Assembly (NCBI GenBank): GCA_046052125.1
Contig: JBJOMY010000002.1
Location: forward strand, 352,001-416,000
Reading direction: 5' to 3'
DNA length: 64,000 nucleotides
Source: Cyanobacteriota bacterium
GTDB lineage: Bacteria > Cyanobacteriota > Cyanobacteriia > PCC-6307 > Cyanobiaceae
Each line of letters begins with the position of its first letter. Position 1 is the stretch's first letter. Below the pieces are notes generated by a model. It was not told the origin of the DNA, made no database searches, and saw only the letters and a program-made list of their open reading frames with translations. The position numbers and the translations under genes are program-made. Positions 32,953-46,429 of this stretch are shown here, piece by piece.

Positions 32953-34200
32953 TCAGTTCATCCGGCGGAACGCCAGGCAAACGTTGTGGCCGCCGAACCC
33001 GAAGGAGTTGGACAGCACCACATTCAGGTTGTGTTCCCGGGCTTGATTGGGAACGACATCCAGATCACAGGCCGGATCCGGATTTTGGTAGTTGATGGTA
33101 GGTGGCACGAGGTTGTGACCAATCGCCAGCACGGCCGCCACCGCTTCGATCCCACCGCTGCCGCCCAGGAGGTGGCCGGTCATCGACTTGGTGGAACTCA
33201 CCGGGATCTTCAGAGCACGCTCGCCGAGCGAGGCCTTGATCGCGGAGGTTTCGTTGAGGTCGTTGGCGGGGGTGCTGGTGCCGTGGGCATTCACGTAATC
33301 CACAGCCTCCGGCTCGAGGCGGGCATCGCGCAGGGCGAGGCGCATCGCTTCGGCGCCACCCACACCGCCGGGTGAGGGGGAGGTGATGTGGTGGGCATCG
33401 CAGGTCATGCCGTAGCCCACGATCTCAGCCAGGATCGTGGCGCCGCGGGCCTGGGCGTGCTCGAGGCTTTCGAGCACCAACACGCCGGCGCCTTCACCGA
33501 TCACGAAGCCGTCGCGCTCAGCGTCGAACGGACGGCTTGCCGTGGTGGGATCGTCGTTGCGGAAGGAGAGAGCCTTGGCGCTGGCGAAGCCGGCCACGCC
33601 CAGGGGCGTGATCGCGGATTCAGCGCCGCCGCACACCATCGCGTCGGCGTGGCCGAGCTGGATGAGGCGGAAGGCATCGCCGATGGCGTTGGAGCCGGCG
33701 GCGCAGGCGGTGGCGACCGCGGTGCTGGGTCCCTTGGCACCGATGGCGATTGCCGCCAGGCCGGTGGCCATGTTGGGGATCATCATCGGCACCGTGAAGG
33801 GGCTCACCCTCGAGGGGCCCTTGTCGGCCAGCACGTGTGCCTGGGTTTCCATCATCAGCAGACCGCCCACGCCGGAGCCGATGGCGGTGCCCACGCGGTG
33901 GGCGTTGCTGTCGTTGATCGTGAGTCCGGCGTCGGCCACCGCCTGCTTGGCGGCCACCACGCCGAACTGACAGAAGCGATCCCAGCGTTTCGCTTCTTTG
34001 GGCTCGATGTAGGCGGAGGGATCGAAATCCTTCACCTCAGCGGCAAAACGGCAGGCGTGAGCGGATGCGTCAAACAGGGTGATCGCTGCCACCCCGTTGC
34101 GTCCCGTGCTCAGACCTTGCCAATAGGAAGCAACGTCGTTGCCGATCGGTGTAACCGCGCCGAGGCCTGTAACGACGACGCGGCGGAGACCCTCCACCAT
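32953..34200 (-). CDS. fabF: 3-oxoacyl-ACP synthase II
   Basis: [30 protein letters not shown] motifs. Confidence 0.97.
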   Translation of the reverse strand: MVEGLRRVVVTGLGAVTPIGNDVASYWQGLSTGRNGVAAITLFDASAHACRFAAEVKDFDPSAYIEPKEAKRWDRFCQFGVVAAKQAVADAGLTINDSNAHRVGTAIGSGVGGLLMMETQAHVLADKGPSRVSPFTVPMMIPNMATGLAAIAIGAKGPSTAVATACAAGSNAIGDAFRLIQLGHADAMVCGGAESAITPLGVAGFASAKALSFRNDDPTTASRPFDAERDGFVIGEGAGVLVLESLEHAQARGATILAEIVGYGMTCDAHHITSPSPGGVGGAEAMRLALRDARLEPEAVDYVNAHGTSTPANDLNETSAIKASLGERALKIPVSSTKSMTGHLLGGSGGIEAVAAVLAIGHNLVPPTINYQNPDPACDLDVVPNQAREHNLNVVLSNSFGFGGHNVCLAFRRMN

Positions 34201-34207
34201 CAGTTCC

Positions 34208-34450
34208 TCAGGCCTGCTTGTCCTGGATGTACTTCACGGCGTCACCCACGGTGGTGATGCCTTCAGCGGCCTCGTCGGGGATCTCGATATCGAAGGCTTC
34301 TTCCAGAGCCATCACCAGTTCAACGGTGTCGAGCGAGTCAGCACCCAGATCGTTCTGGAAGTTGGATTCCGGCTTCACCTCGCCGGCGTCAACGCTCAGT
34401 TGCTCGACAACGATCGAGCGGACTTTCTCGAAGATCGCTTCCTGGGACAT
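34208..34450 (-). CDS. acpP: Acyl carrier protein
   Basis: [18 protein letters not shown] motif. Confidence 0.98.
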   Translation of the reverse strand: MSQEAIFEKVRSIVVEQLSVDAGEVKPESNFQNDLGADSLDTVELVMALEEAFDIEIPDEAAEGITTVGDAVKYIQDKQA

Positions 34451-34510
34451 GGCCGGTGTGGCGGACGCCGCATCCTACGGGGCGGCCTGGAATGGGCTTG
34501 CTGTTGATGA

Positions 34511-34825
<315 letters not shown>

Positions 34826-34851
34826 GCCTTCCGGCTTCTTCCCATAAGCTC

Positions 34852-34876
34852 AAGCCCGGCCCCGCCGGGCTTTTTT
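34852..34876 (+). terminator. Rho-independent terminator of psaC
   Basis: AAGCCCGGC-CCC-GCCGGGC followed by TTTTTT. Confidence 0.9.
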
Positions 34877-34891
34877 GTTGTTGGCAGCGCT

Positions 34892-36794
<1,903 letters not shown>

Positions 36795-36808
<14 letters not shown>

Positions 36809-38279
36809 GGTTCGGTGCCAGGTCGCTGCGGCCGTATTGGTCTTCAAAGCGGCGGATGTCGTCTTCCCCTAGGTAGGGGCCGCTTTGAACTTCGATCATT
36901 TCCACCGGGATGCGGCCGGGGTTGGAGAGGCGGTGTTTGCAGCCCAGAGGGATGTAGGTGCTCTGGTTTTCGCCGAGCAGCTCTTCCACGCCGTCCTTTT
37001 CCACGAGGGCCGTTCCTTGCACCACGATCCAGTGCTCAGCGCGGTGGTGGTGCATCTGTAGCGACAGGCTGGCGCCGGGGTTCACCACAATCTTTTTCAC
37101 CTGCCAGCGATCGCCTTCGGTGATGCCGTCATAGCTGCCCCATGGGCGGTAGATGCGCCGGTGCGCCTTGCTTTCTCGGGCGCCTTCGCGCTCCAGTAAG
37201 CCCACGATCGTTTTCACGTCCTGGGCCCGGTCGCGGTGGGCGACGAGCACCACGTCGTCTGTTTCCACCACCACCAGGTTGTCCACCCCCAGCCCCACCA
37301 CCAGGCGGTGTTCGCTGCGCAGGTAGCAGTTGCTGCTGGCTTCGCTGATCACCCGGCCCCGGAGCACATTGCCTGAAGCGTCCTGCTCGGCGGTTTCCCA
37401 GAGGGCGCTCCAGCTGCCCACATCGCTCCAGCCGGCGTTGAGTGGCAGCACGGCACCGCGGTCGGTGCGCTCCATCACGGCCACATCGATGGCCACGTTG
37501 GGGCAAGCGGCAAAGGCTTCGCGTTCGAGGCGCAGGAAATCGAGGTCTTCACTGTCGTGCTCGAGGGCGGAGCGGCAGGCGCTCACCACCTCCGGGGCCA
37601 GGCGCTCCAGCTCCGCCAGGATCGCGCTGGCCTTGAACAGGAACATGCCGCTGTTCCAGGTGAAGCGCCCGCTTGCCAGGAACTGCTCAGCGGTGGCGCG
37701 GTCCGGCTTCTCCACAAAGCGCGCGATCCGCACGGGCTGCAGAGGCTTTTGATCGCTGTCATCACCCGCGTTGGCGGTGTCGAGTGCTTCCGCCGCCTCG
37801 ATGTAGCCGTAGCCCGTTTCCGGGGCCGTGGGCACGATCCCGAACGTCACCAGTTGGCCGGCTTCCGCGGCGGCCATGCCGGCTTCCACCGCCCTGCGGA
37901 AACCGGCGGCGTTCTGAATGACGTGGTCGGCGGCTAGCACGAGCAGCAACGGGTCATCGCCGTGCGCTGTGGCCTGCAGGGCTGCCACGGCCACGGCGGG
38001 TGCTGTGTTGCGGCCCAGCGGCTCCAGCAGGATCGCAGCCGGCTCCACCCCGATCTGGCGCATCTGCTCGGCCACGATGAAGCGGTGGTCTTCGTTGCAG
38101 ATCAGCAGGGGTGGCTGCAGAGCGGCGATGCCCTCCAGCCGCTGGTGTGTCTGCTGCAGCAGGGTTTCCTCGCCATCACCCGCCAGCGCCCAGTACTGCT
38201 TGGGGTAAGTGGCGCGTGAAAGGGGCCAGAGGCGCGTGCCGGTGCCGCCGCAGAGGATCACGGGAACGAGGGCGGTCAT
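36795..38279 (-). CDS. manC: Mannose-1-phosphate guanylyltransferase / mannose-6-phosphate isomerase
   Basis: GGTGTRLWPLSR, EPLGRNTAPA, GWSDVGSW, RPWG, HHHRAEHW motifs. Confidence 0.96.
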
Positions 38280-38362
38280 GGCTGGGCGCAGAAGCGATGA
38301 AGCGTCTGGCTATTCCAACCCAGTGCAGGGCCGCTGCATAGATGGCCGTTGCCACCTGGCGA

Positions 38363-38382
38363 TTCTGTGCGGTCTGTACGGA
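38363..38382. repeat. Dispersed quasi-palindromic intergenic repeat core, copy 3
   Basis: TTCTGTGCGGTCTGTACGGA is identical to 7175-7194. Confidence 0.8.
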
Positions 38383-38446
38383 TTCGGATCAGGCGTGGAC
38401 AGGCTTGGGTTCTCCGAGTGACCTCATTGGTCGTCGGCCGCATCCG

Positions 38447-39043
38447 TCAATCGCTCCCATTGGCCTCAGCTTCCTTCCCCGCGCCCAGTTCCAGCAGTCC
38501 CGGTGGCGGCGTGATCCCGATCCATCCTTCCGCCAGCTCCACCCGCGGCACGATCGCCTCCACGAAGGGAATCCAGAGGGGAGCGACGCCACTCTCCAGC
38601 TCCACCTCAAGTAGGTCGTTGCCGGCGTGGATCAGGTCTTTCACCCTGCCGATGGAGTGGCCGGGGGTTTGATTGGCGCCCGAGCCTTCCAGAACCCGCA
38701 CCTCCAGGCCTACTAGGTCGAGCAGGTGGAACTCGCCCTTGGCGAGCTTGGGGCGATCGGCAGCGGGCACCAGTAGCTCCTGGCCCACCAGCGCCTCGGC
38801 GCTGTCTCGGTCGTTTACGCCCTCAAGGCGGATCACGAACAGCTCCTTGCCCGGCAGTTGGCGGCCGCTGAGCAGGGTCACCTCGCGGGCGGCGCTGTGG
38901 CGCGCCTGTAGCCAGCGCGTGCCGGGACGGGTGAAGCGCTCCGGGAAATCGCTGAGGGGATTCACCCGCAGCTCACCGCGCAGACCCTGGGCTGACACCA
39001 CCCGGCCCACCACCAGCAGCTCCTGGTTTTGCTCCTGCGCCAT
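38447..39043 (-). CDS. rimM: Ribosome maturation factor (alternative start 39061)
   Basis: [41 protein letters not shown] motifs. Confidence 0.93.
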   Translation of the reverse strand: MAQEQNQELLVVGRVVSAQGLRGELRVNPLSDFPERFTRPGTRWLQARHSAAREVTLLSGRQLPGKELFVIRLEGVNDRDSAEALVGQELLVPAADRPKLAKGEFHLLDLVGLEVRVLEGSGANQTPGHSIGRVKDLIHAGNDLLEVELESGVAPLWIPFVEAIVPRVELAEGWIGITPPPGLLELGAGKEAEANGSD

Positions 39044-39097
39044 CAACCCACGCTGCGCCATCAGCCTCGATAATGGCTCCGCACCCGTGCCGCACCC

Positions 39098-39280
39098 ATG
39101 GCTGAAACCCTGCCGATCCTGCCGGGCTCCACCGTGGTGGTGCGCGACGTCACCTCTATCTACAACGGCTATCAGGGCTTCGTGCAGCGCATCAGTGGCC
39201 GCAGCGCCGCCGTGCTCTTCGAAGGCGGCAACTGGGACAAGCTGGTGACGATGCCGCTCAAGATCCTCGAGCAGGCCTGA
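39098..39280 (+). CDS. ndhS: NDH-1 subunit NdhS
   Basis: ILPGSTVVV...YQGFVQRI...[14 protein letters not shown]. Confidence 0.93.
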   Translation: MAETLPILPGSTVVVRDVTSIYNGYQGFVQRISGRSAAVLFEGGNWDKLVTMPLKILEQA

Positions 39281-40004
39281 GCTGCTCAGCTTGGTTGAGC
39301 TGATCAAGGGCGGCCCTGGCGGCCTGTTGCTCTGCTTCCCGCCTGGATCCTCCTCTGCCTTCGGCTGACACCCAGCCCTCCAGGCTCACCTTGCAGTGGA
39401 AGCGCTCAGGGTCAGCGTGGCGCTTGCTGCGTTCTTCGGTGCTGTAGCTCGGTAACCCCAGCCCCTTGGCCTGGCTCCACTCCTGCAGGGCGGACTTGCT
39501 GTTGCCTCGATGGGGATCCTTGAGCACGTTCAGGCTGGTGCGCTCCCAGATGGGTGTGAGCCAGCGGTGAATCGGTTCGAGCGAGTCGCCGGCTTTGTAG
39601 AGCGCGCCGATCAGCGCTTCTGTGGCTTCCGCCCGGAGGGTGGCAGCTGCGGTGGCATCGCCGCCGGCCTTGCTGCCGATGCGCAGGACATCGCTGATCC
39701 CGATCGCTTCGCCTACCTCCGCTAGCCAGCGATCACTCACCAGATGGGAGCGCAGCGCTGAGCGCTCACCCACCGCCAGGCCGGCGTGGTGGATTTCGAT
39801 GTATTCGCTGGCCGCCAGACGCAGCACCGCATCGCCGAGAAACTCCAGTTGCTCGTGATTGCGCGGGAGGCCCGCTGAAGTGTGGGTGAGCGCTTCATCC
39901 ACCAGCGCGAGCCCTGATGTATCAATCGCATTGGATTGAACATCGATGCGGCTCAGGAACTGCCGCAGTTGCTCAGCGCGTTGAGGTGATAAGGCCGGGT
40001 GCAT
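39258..40004 (-). CDS. rnc: Ribonuclease III (alternative start 40022)
   Basis: [23 protein letters not shown]; dsRBD KSALQEW...AEQQAA. Confidence 0.93.
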   Translation of the reverse strand: MHPALSPQRAEQLRQFLSRIDVQSNAIDTSGLALVDEALTHTSAGLPRNHEQLEFLGDAVLRLAASEYIEIHHAGLAVGERSALRSHLVSDRWLAEVGEAIGISDVLRIGSKAGGDATAAATLRAEATEALIGALYKAGDSLEPIHRWLTPIWERTSLNVLKDPHRGNSKSALQEWSQAKGLGLPSYSTEERSKRHADPERFHCKVSLEGWVSAEGRGGSRREAEQQAARAALDQLNQAEQLRPARGS

Positions 40005-40029
40005 GGCTGTGGAGGGCTTCACCGCAGGC

Positions 40030-41454
40030 TCAGCTCCTGGAGCAGATCAGGATCGAGGCGTTCACCGGGCGGCAGGGCATCTGCGCGGCTTCCGCTTCGC
40101 GGCGCACGCGCGCCACTTGGGGGCCCAGCTTGGAGCGGTCGACGCGCTTGAGCTTGCCGGCGATGTTGATCGGAATATCGGGCGCTGGCAGCACGATCCA
40201 GTCGTACTGATCCACCGCGCCGTAGCCCGGCTTCTCGATCTGCTTCACCATCTGCCGGCCCGCCATGTGGGCGGCGTAGTTGGCAATGGTGAGCACGGAA
40301 TCGTTGGCTTGGATGATTTGCTTGGCCTCCTGGAAATCCTGCGCCTCCTGCAGGCGAGGCAGCAGCCGGGAGTTGTAGTAGCCCAGGCGGCCGTACCCCA
40401 GCAAGGCCGCTGTGGCCAGCAGCAGCGTGGCGTAGAGCATGGTTTTGGCCCGCTGCAGCGATGGGGGATTGGCTTGAGCCAGGGCATCGATGCAGCCTCC
40501 GATCAGAAAGGCAACGATTCCGATCGAATAGTGGTGATTCAGCTCCCGCTGAATGCTCGACGCAGAAATGATGTTGGTGAGGTAGATGGGTGTGCAGCCC
40601 AAGAGCGCCCGCCACGACGCCTTGCCCAGCAGTGCCAGAAACGGCAGGGACAATCCCAGGGTGTAGAGCAGGATTGAATCCGGCGGTGCCTCGCTGAACA
40701 CCACCCAGGGCCTGGTGATCAAGGTGGTGAGCATCGCCAGCTTCGTGTCGCCCAGGTAGCCCAGGCGGATGCCCACGTGATCACCCCCAGCGGACGACAT
40801 CTGGGTGGCGAGAGTCCACCAGGCCACGGAGATCGCCAGGGTGATGGCCGCACGGGCTCGCTGCCCCTTGGCCAAGGCGTAGAAACTCAGGCCGATGCCG
40901 AAGAGGGCCTGGGCGTTCTTGGCGAACAGGGTGAGCAGCAGGCAGGGGTAGTAGAGCCAGCCCCTCGGTTGCTCGGCCTCCCGGATTGCCACCAGCATCA
41001 GCGGCAGGGTGAGCACATCCGGGTGGAAATCCCCGCGGTTCACCAGGAAGCTGTAGGGGGAGAGCACGATCGCGATGGCCAGCGCCCAGGTGAGCTCACG
41101 GCTCACGCCTTTGCGCAGGCAGAGATCGGCGGCCAGGGCCGGCATGCAGCCCAGAGCCAGCGACTGGAGCGCTAACAGCGTGTAGGCGTTGGGTGCAAGC
41201 TTGTAAACCAGCGCAATCGGCAACAGCAGCAGGGAGAAGTGGTCCTGCAGGGGCGTGATGTTGCGCAGGCTGCTGATCATGTTGATCTTGCCGTTGGCGA
41301 TCAGCCAGTTGAACTGCTCGAAGATGCCCAGGTCCCACACCTGGGACCCCATCAAATAGTGCTGAACCGCCGTGGAGCTGAACAGCACGGCGCTGTACAG
41401 CACCGCGAGGATTACAAACGGTCGCCTGGAGGGGTGGATCAGGGAGAGCAACAC
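40030..41454 (-). CDS. DUF2079-family membrane protein (GT-C-like)
   Basis: WDLGIFEQ, DHFS, DFHPD motifs; many TM helices. Confidence 0.8.
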   Translation of the reverse strand: MLLSLIHPSRRPFVILAVLYSAVLFSSTAVQHYLMGSQVWDLGIFEQFNWLIANGKINMISSLRNITPLQDHFSLLLLPIALVYKLAPNAYTLLALQSLALGCMPALAADLCLRKGVSRELTWALAIAIVLSPYSFLVNRGDFHPDVLTLPLMLVAIREAEQPRGWLYYPCLLLTLFAKNAQALFGIGLSFYALAKGQRARAAITLAISVAWWTLATQMSSAGGDHVGIRLGYLGDTKLAMLTTLITRPWVVFSEAPPDSILLYTLGLSLPFLALLGKASWRALLGCTPIYLTNIISASSIQRELNHHYSIGIVAFLIGGCIDALAQANPPSLQRAKTMLYATLLLATAALLGYGRLGYYNSRLLPRLQEAQDFQEAKQIIQANDSVLTIANYAAHMAGRQMVKQIEKPGYGAVDQYDWIVLPAPDIPINIAGKLKRVDRSKLGPQVARVRREAEAAQMPCRPVNASILICSRS

Positions 41455-41488
41455 CGCTGCTGGTTCGCGTGGACAAGAAAAAAGGGGT

Positions 41489-41885
41489 GAAAGCAGGACG
41501 TAAGCCGGGTTCTGTTCCCTGCCAGGGGCAGGGGGCGATCATCTGTCTGGGACCACCGTTACCGGTGGCCTCGAGCGGCGCGATTGAACGGGACGGGTGT
41601 CATGGCCAACCGTTGTCCCTGGGCCTTGCTCCCAGCCGGGGTTTACCGAGCCAGCACCTCTCGATGCTGCTGGTGCGCTCTTACCGCACCTTTGCACCCT
41701 TACCTGTGCACGGGCTGCGCCCGGCCATCGGCGGTGTGTTTCTGTGGCACTCTCCTCACGGTCACCCGCACTGGGCGTTACCCAGCAAGCCTGGCCATTG
41801 GGGAGCCCGGACTTTCCTCAACCGGTCCGTTCCACCAGCCCGAGGGCCTGGGCGTTGCCCGGTCGCGATCACCTCGCCTGCTTTC
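41489..41885 (-). ncRNA. rnpB: RNase P RNA (type A)
   Basis: Minus strand carries GAGGAAAGTCCGGGC and AACAGAACCCGGCTTA; P1 helix GAAAGCAGG/CCTGCTTTC. Confidence 0.97.
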
Positions 41886-41920
41886 GGCATCCATAATGCC
41901 GATGCGGCCTGTCCGCATCA

Positions 41921-41994
<74 letters not shown>

Positions 41995-42088
41995 TGATCT
42001 GGATGTTGAACTCGGTATCCAGCACTACGGGTAGCGGGATGGCGAATCAGATCACTGCCGCTAGCGTGTCCGCAGTCGCCACGAGCCC

Positions 42089-42406
42089 ATGGCACAGCTG
42101 CATGATCTCCGGCTGAGGCTGTTGGTGCAACAGGAGAGCGAGCAGATCGTTGAGAACCTGCCCGATGGTCTCGATCTCTCGGTGATTCAGGCCCGCTGTT
42201 TGTGCTGGCTGGCGCTTCTGGCCGAGGCGCACGAAGACAGTGCCAATGAAGCTGTCGCCGATGGCGATACCGATCAGGCCATGGCCTGGTTCGCCGATTC
42301 GATGCGCCTGCGGGATGTGATTCAGGTGGTGAGTTCGATCGAGATCCCCATGCCTGGTGCCAGCGACGATCCCGACGACAGATCTGACGGCCTCGAAGCT
42401 GCGTGA
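42089..42406 (+). CDS. Hypothetical protein
   Basis: 105-aa ORF with host-like codon usage. Confidence 0.75.
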   Translation: MAQLHDLRLRLLVQQESEQIVENLPDGLDLSVIQARCLCWLALLAEAHEDSANEAVADGDTDQAMAWFADSMRLRDVIQVVSSIEIPMPGASDDPDDRSDGLEAA

Positions 42407-42441
42407 TGCCATGATGTGCTCTGAAACGCCAAGGGACTGCG

Positions 42442-42894
42442 GTGCCGGAAGAGCCCTGCCAATGCCCTGACTGCCAGCGCTTCTACCGGGAGCACGACCG
42501 TCTGATCCGGGAGAACCCCACCCTGCGTCAACAGCAGGAGCTGAGCTGGGCTGCGCTGCAGTCGTTCCGCACCCTGGCTGGCCGCGCCCTCGAAGAGCTC
42601 CAGAAAACCCACGGTGATGGCGAGCCCAGTCTGGCGGCCGCTGCCTCAGCTCCGGCTCCAGCTGAAACGCCCGAAGCTGAAGCGATGCAGCAGGCGATTG
42701 CTGATCTGGAGAACATCAACGCCCATCTGTTCTCAATTGAGGCCTTGATGGAGCGCATCTTTGATGTGCGGGTGCCCGAGCCCGTTGAGCAGAAATTCCG
42801 TGAGCTGGCCGGCGAGCTCGCCCCTGATCCCCTCAATGCCGACCGGTTGCGTCTGAACCGGCTTCTCCACCAAACCCCTGATCTGCCCGGCTGA
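42442..42894 (+). CDS. Hypothetical protein with N-terminal CxCxxC
   Basis: 150-aa ORF, GTG start, host-like codon usage. Confidence 0.75.
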   Translation: MPEEPCQCPDCQRFYREHDRLIRENPTLRQQQELSWAALQSFRTLAGRALEELQKTHGDGEPSLAAAASAPAPAETPEAEAMQQAIADLENINAHLFSIEALMERIFDVRVPEPVEQKFRELAGELAPDPLNADRLRLNRLLHQTPDLPG

Positions 42895-43897
42895 TCAGCC
42901 GCGCGATCATCCCCTCCTCATCCGCGTCCACCTGCTGCCACCGCACAGGTCCAAGCCAGGCCATGCCTCGCTGAAGCTCGCTGAGCAGCTCGGGATCGTT
43001 GGCACCAATGCCGCCGCTGAGCGCGATCTGATCTATGCCCCCCAGGCTGGCCGCCATTGCCGCAATCTCCTGCCGCAGCCGGTGCAGGAACACCGCCAGC
43101 GCTAGCCGTGCACCCGAGTGGCCGCTGGTGGATGCGGCTCGCAACTCTTGCCAATCGCTGCTCAGCTCCGAGAGTCCAAGCAGGCCGCTGCGCCGGTTCA
43201 GCCCCTGATCGAGTTCGTCGAGGCTGAGGCCCATCCGTTGCAAGTGCAGCAGCAGCCCTGGATCCACGCTGCCGCTGCGGCTGGCCATCACCAGGCCCTC
43301 CAGGGGCGTGAAGCCCATGGTGGTGTCGATGCTGCGCCCATCGCGGATCGCCGCCAGGGAGCAGCCGGCCCCCAGGTGGGCACTGATCAAGCGCGTGCAG
43401 GGCACGGCTTCGGCTACGTGTTGGTGGTTGAGGCCGTGAAAGCCGTAGCGGCGATACCCCTCCGCCCGCCACTCCGCCGGTAAGGCGTAGGTGCTCGCTT
43501 CAACCGGCAGGGTGGCGTGAAAGGCCGTGTCGAAGCAGGCCCACTGGGGCAGGTGCGGTTGTTGGCGGCTCAGCCAGGCGATCGCCTGCAGTGCCGCGGG
43601 GTTGTGCAGCGGTGCGAGAGCTGAGACTGTCTCCAGCTCCTGCAGCACCTCTGGGTTGAGAGGGGTGGGCGCTGTGAAGCGTTCACCACCATGCACCACT
43701 CGATGGCCGGCGGCCTTCAGCCGGGGCCACCAGGGCTCAAGCTGTGGCTTCAACCACTGGCTGAGCTGCTGCTCAAGCGGGCCCTCGCGACGGCTGCCGC
43801 TCTGCCAGAGCCGTTCAGCTTTGTGGGCTGTGGCCTCGAGCACAGCGGCCTTGAGGCTGGAGCTGCCCACATTCAGCACCAGCACCAGGGCCGCCAC
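42833..43897 (-). CDS. ackA: Acetate kinase
   Basis: LNVGSSSLK, GHRVVHGG, APLHN, FDTAFH, YGFHG, MGFTPLEG motifs. Confidence 0.95.
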   Translation of the reverse strand: MAALVLVLNVGSSSLKAAVLEATAHKAERLWQSGSRREGPLEQQLSQWLKPQLEPWWPRLKAAGHRVVHGGERFTAPTPLNPEVLQELETVSALAPLHNPAALQAIAWLSRQQPHLPQWACFDTAFHATLPVEASTYALPAEWRAEGYRRYGFHGLNHQHVAEAVPCTRLISAHLGAGCSLAAIRDGRSIDTTMGFTPLEGLVMASRSGSVDPGLLLHLQRMGLSLDELDQGLNRRSGLLGLSELSSDWQELRAASTSGHSGARLALAVFLHRLRQEIAAMAASLGGIDQIALSGGIGANDPELLSELQRGMAWLGPVRWQQVDADEEGMIARLISRADQGFGGEAGSDATGRH

Positions 43898-43903
43898 GCT
43901 GGA

Positions 43904-46429
43904 TCACTCGTCGAGGTTGCAGGTGATCGTCACCGGGAAGCTCTCGGCTTTCCAGATGCGGCTGGCATACTCACGGATCGAGCGATCCGATGAGAAGAAG
44001 CCGGTGCGGGCGCTGTTGAGCAGCGACATCCGGTTCCAGGCGGTGCGATCGGCCCAGGCCTGGCTCACCTGCTGTTGCACGCGCAGGTAGTCGGCGAAAT
44101 CCGCCAGCACGAAGAAGGGATCGCGGCCGGTGAGGTTTTCCAGCAGCGGCCGGAACAGATCGCCATCGCCATTGCTGAAGTGGCCCTGTTCCACCAGCTT
44201 GAGCACTTCGCCGAGTTCTGGTTGCTGAGCGATCAGCTCCCAGGGGCGATAGCCCTCGGTGTGCAGATCGGCCACCTCGGTTTCGGTCATGCCGAACAGG
44301 AAGAAGTTGTCGGCTCCAACTTGCTCGCGGATCTCCACGTTGGCGCCATCGAGGGTGCCGATCGTGAGCGCACCGTTCATGGCGAATTTCATGTTGCCGG
44401 TGCCGGAGGCCTCCAGGCCGGCGGTGGAGATCTGCTCGGAAAGATCCGAGGCGGGGTACACCCGTTCACCCAGCTTCACGTTGTAATCCGGTAGGAACAC
44501 CACCCGCAGGCGGCCATCCATATCCGGATCGGCATTCACCGTTTCGGCAATGCCATTGAGGAAGCGGATGATCAGCTTGGCCATGTAATAGCCCGGTGCC
44601 GCCTTGCCGCCGAAGATCACCGTGCGTGGCGCCAAGCCATCGGCCTGGCCGTTTTTGATGCGCAGGTATTGGGCGATCACCTGCAGGGCGTTGAGGTGTT
44701 GGCGCTTGTATTCGTGGATGCGCTTCACCTGCACGTCGAATAGCGACGCTGGATCCACCAGCAGGCCGCTCTGGCGGTGGATGTAATTGGCGAGATGGCG
44801 TTTGCTGGCCAGCTTGGTTTGCTGCCAGCGCTCCAGGAAGGCGCTGTCGTGCTGGAACTGCTCCAGTTGCCGCAGCTGATCGAGATCCGCCACCCAGCCT
44901 TCGCCGATGCTTTCAGCCAGGAGCTGACGCAGGGCCGGGTTGGCCAAGGCCACCCAGCGCCGCGGCGTGACGCCATTGGTGACATTGGTGAACTTCTCTG
45001 GCCAGAGGGTGGCGAACTCTGGAAACAGCTTGGTGCGCACCAATTCGCTGTGCAGCGCCGCCACCCCGTTCACGTGGTGGGAGGCCACCGTGGCGAGGTT
45101 GGCCATGCGCACCGCCTTATTGCCTTCCTCGTCGATGATCGACACCTTGCGCAGCAGTGCCTCATTGCCGGGGTACTTGAGGCGCACCGTTTGCAGGAAG
45201 CGGCGGTTGATCTCGTAGATCAATTCCAGGTGGCGTGGCAGCAGCGAGCCGAACAGCGGCAGCCCCCACTTCTCGAGGGCTTCCGGGAGCAGGGTGTGGT
45301 TGGTGTAGGCCAGCGAGCGGCTGGTGATCTCCCAGGCCTCATCCCAATCGAGGTGTTTGTCGTCGATCAGCAGCCGCATCAGCTCGGCCACGGCGATCGC
45401 CGGGTGGGTGTCGTTCAGCTGCACCGCCCAGTGATCCGGGAATTCCCGTACGGGGATGCCACGCTGATCGAGGCTGCGCAGCATGTCTTGCAGGGAGCAG
45501 CTCACGAAGAAGTGCTGCTGCTTCAGGCGCAGGCGGCGGCCCTCATCGGTGCCGTCGTTGGGATACAGCACCTTGGAGAGGGTTTCGCTGCCCACCTTCT
45601 CTTCCACGGCGCCGTAGTAATCGCCGATGTTGAAGGCGTAGAAGTCGAAGCTCTCGCTCGCATCGGCCCGCCACAGCCGCAGCCGATCGCAGGTGTTCAC
45701 CCGGTAACCGAGCACCGGCACATCGTGGGGCACCCCGATGGCGTGCTCCTCCGGGATCCAGCGCACGCGGTATTGGCCGCGCTCATCGCGGTAGCTCTCG
45801 GTGCGGCCGCCGAAACCCACGAAGCAGGCCTGATCCGGATGGGGGATCTCCCAGGGCCAGCCGCCCTTGAGCCATTTATCGGTGATCTCCACCTGCCAAC
45901 CGTCGCGGATCAGCTGATCGAAGATGCCGAACTCGTAGCGGATTCCATAGCCGGTGGCCGGGATCTCCAGGCTCGCCAGCGATTCCATGAAGCAGGCCGC
46001 AAGGCGCCCGAGGCCGCCATTGCCCAGGCCTGGTTCTTCCTCAACTTCCAGGATCTCGTCGAGGCGTTCGATGCCGAAGCGCCGCAGGGCCTCTTCCGCG
46101 GCATCCTGAATACCCAGCATCAGCAGGTTGTTCCCCAGCTGCGGGCCGATCAGAAATTCAGCAGAGAGGTAGGCCACCACCCGGGTGGGCGTGGCGTTGA
46201 TTGCTTCGATGCCCGCCAGGTAGCGGGTCATCAGCCGGTCGCGCACGGCATGGCTCAGGGCCAGGTAGAGGTCGTGGCGGCTGGCGGTGGGGGCGAGTTT
46301 GCCGAGCGTGTAGAAGAGGTGCTCGGCCATGCCGTCGAACACGTCGTCGGCAGTCAGACCGCTGCGATCTGGATCGGCATAGCAACCGGGTGTGGGCAGT
46401 TGCAGCTGGCGGGGGTGTGGCTCGTGCAT
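43904..46429 (-). CDS. glgP: Glycogen/alpha-glucan phosphorylase
   Basis: PGLGNGGLGRLAACF, QLNDTHP, KRIHEYKRQ, EASGTGNMKF motifs. Confidence 0.97.
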   Translation of the reverse strand: MHEPHPRQLQLPTPGCYADPDRSGLTADDVFDGMAEHLFYTLGKLAPTASRHDLYLALSHAVRDRLMTRYLAGIEAINATPTRVVAYLSAEFLIGPQLGNNLLMLGIQDAAEEALRRFGIERLDEILEVEEEPGLGNGGLGRLAACFMESLASLEIPATGYGIRYEFGIFDQLIRDGWQVEITDKWLKGGWPWEIPHPDQACFVGFGGRTESYRDERGQYRVRWIPEEHAIGVPHDVPVLGYRVNTCDRLRLWRADASESFDFYAFNIGDYYGAVEEKVGSETLSKVLYPNDGTDEGRRLRLKQQHFFVSCSLQDMLRSLDQRGIPVREFPDHWAVQLNDTHPAIAVAELMRLLIDDKHLDWDEAWEITSRSLAYTNHTLLPEALEKWGLPLFGSLLPRHLELIYEINRRFLQTVRLKYPGNEALLRKVSIIDEEGNKAVRMANLATVASHHVNGVAALHSELVRTKLFPEFATLWPEKFTNVTNGVTPRRWVALANPALRQLLAESIGEGWVADLDQLRQLEQFQHDSAFLERWQQTKLASKRHLANYIHRQSGLLVDPASLFDVQVKRIHEYKRQHLNALQVIAQYLRIKNGQADGLAPRTVIFGGKAAPGYYMAKLIIRFLNGIAETVNADPDMDGRLRVVFLPDYNVKLGERVYPASDLSEQISTAGLEASGTGNMKFAMNGALTIGTLDGANVEIREQVGADNFFLFGMTETEVADLHTEGYRPWELIAQQPELGEVLKLVEQGHFSNGDGDLFRPLLENLTGRDPFFVLADFADYLRVQQQVSQAWADRTAWNRMSLLNSARTGFFSSDRSIREYASRIWKAESFPVTITCNLDE

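Noticed and set aside
32953..34450. fabF-acpP as a type II PKS cluster
   Set aside because: Canonical fatty-acid synthesis genes in a housekeeping tkt-fabF-acpP-psaC context; no chain-length factor
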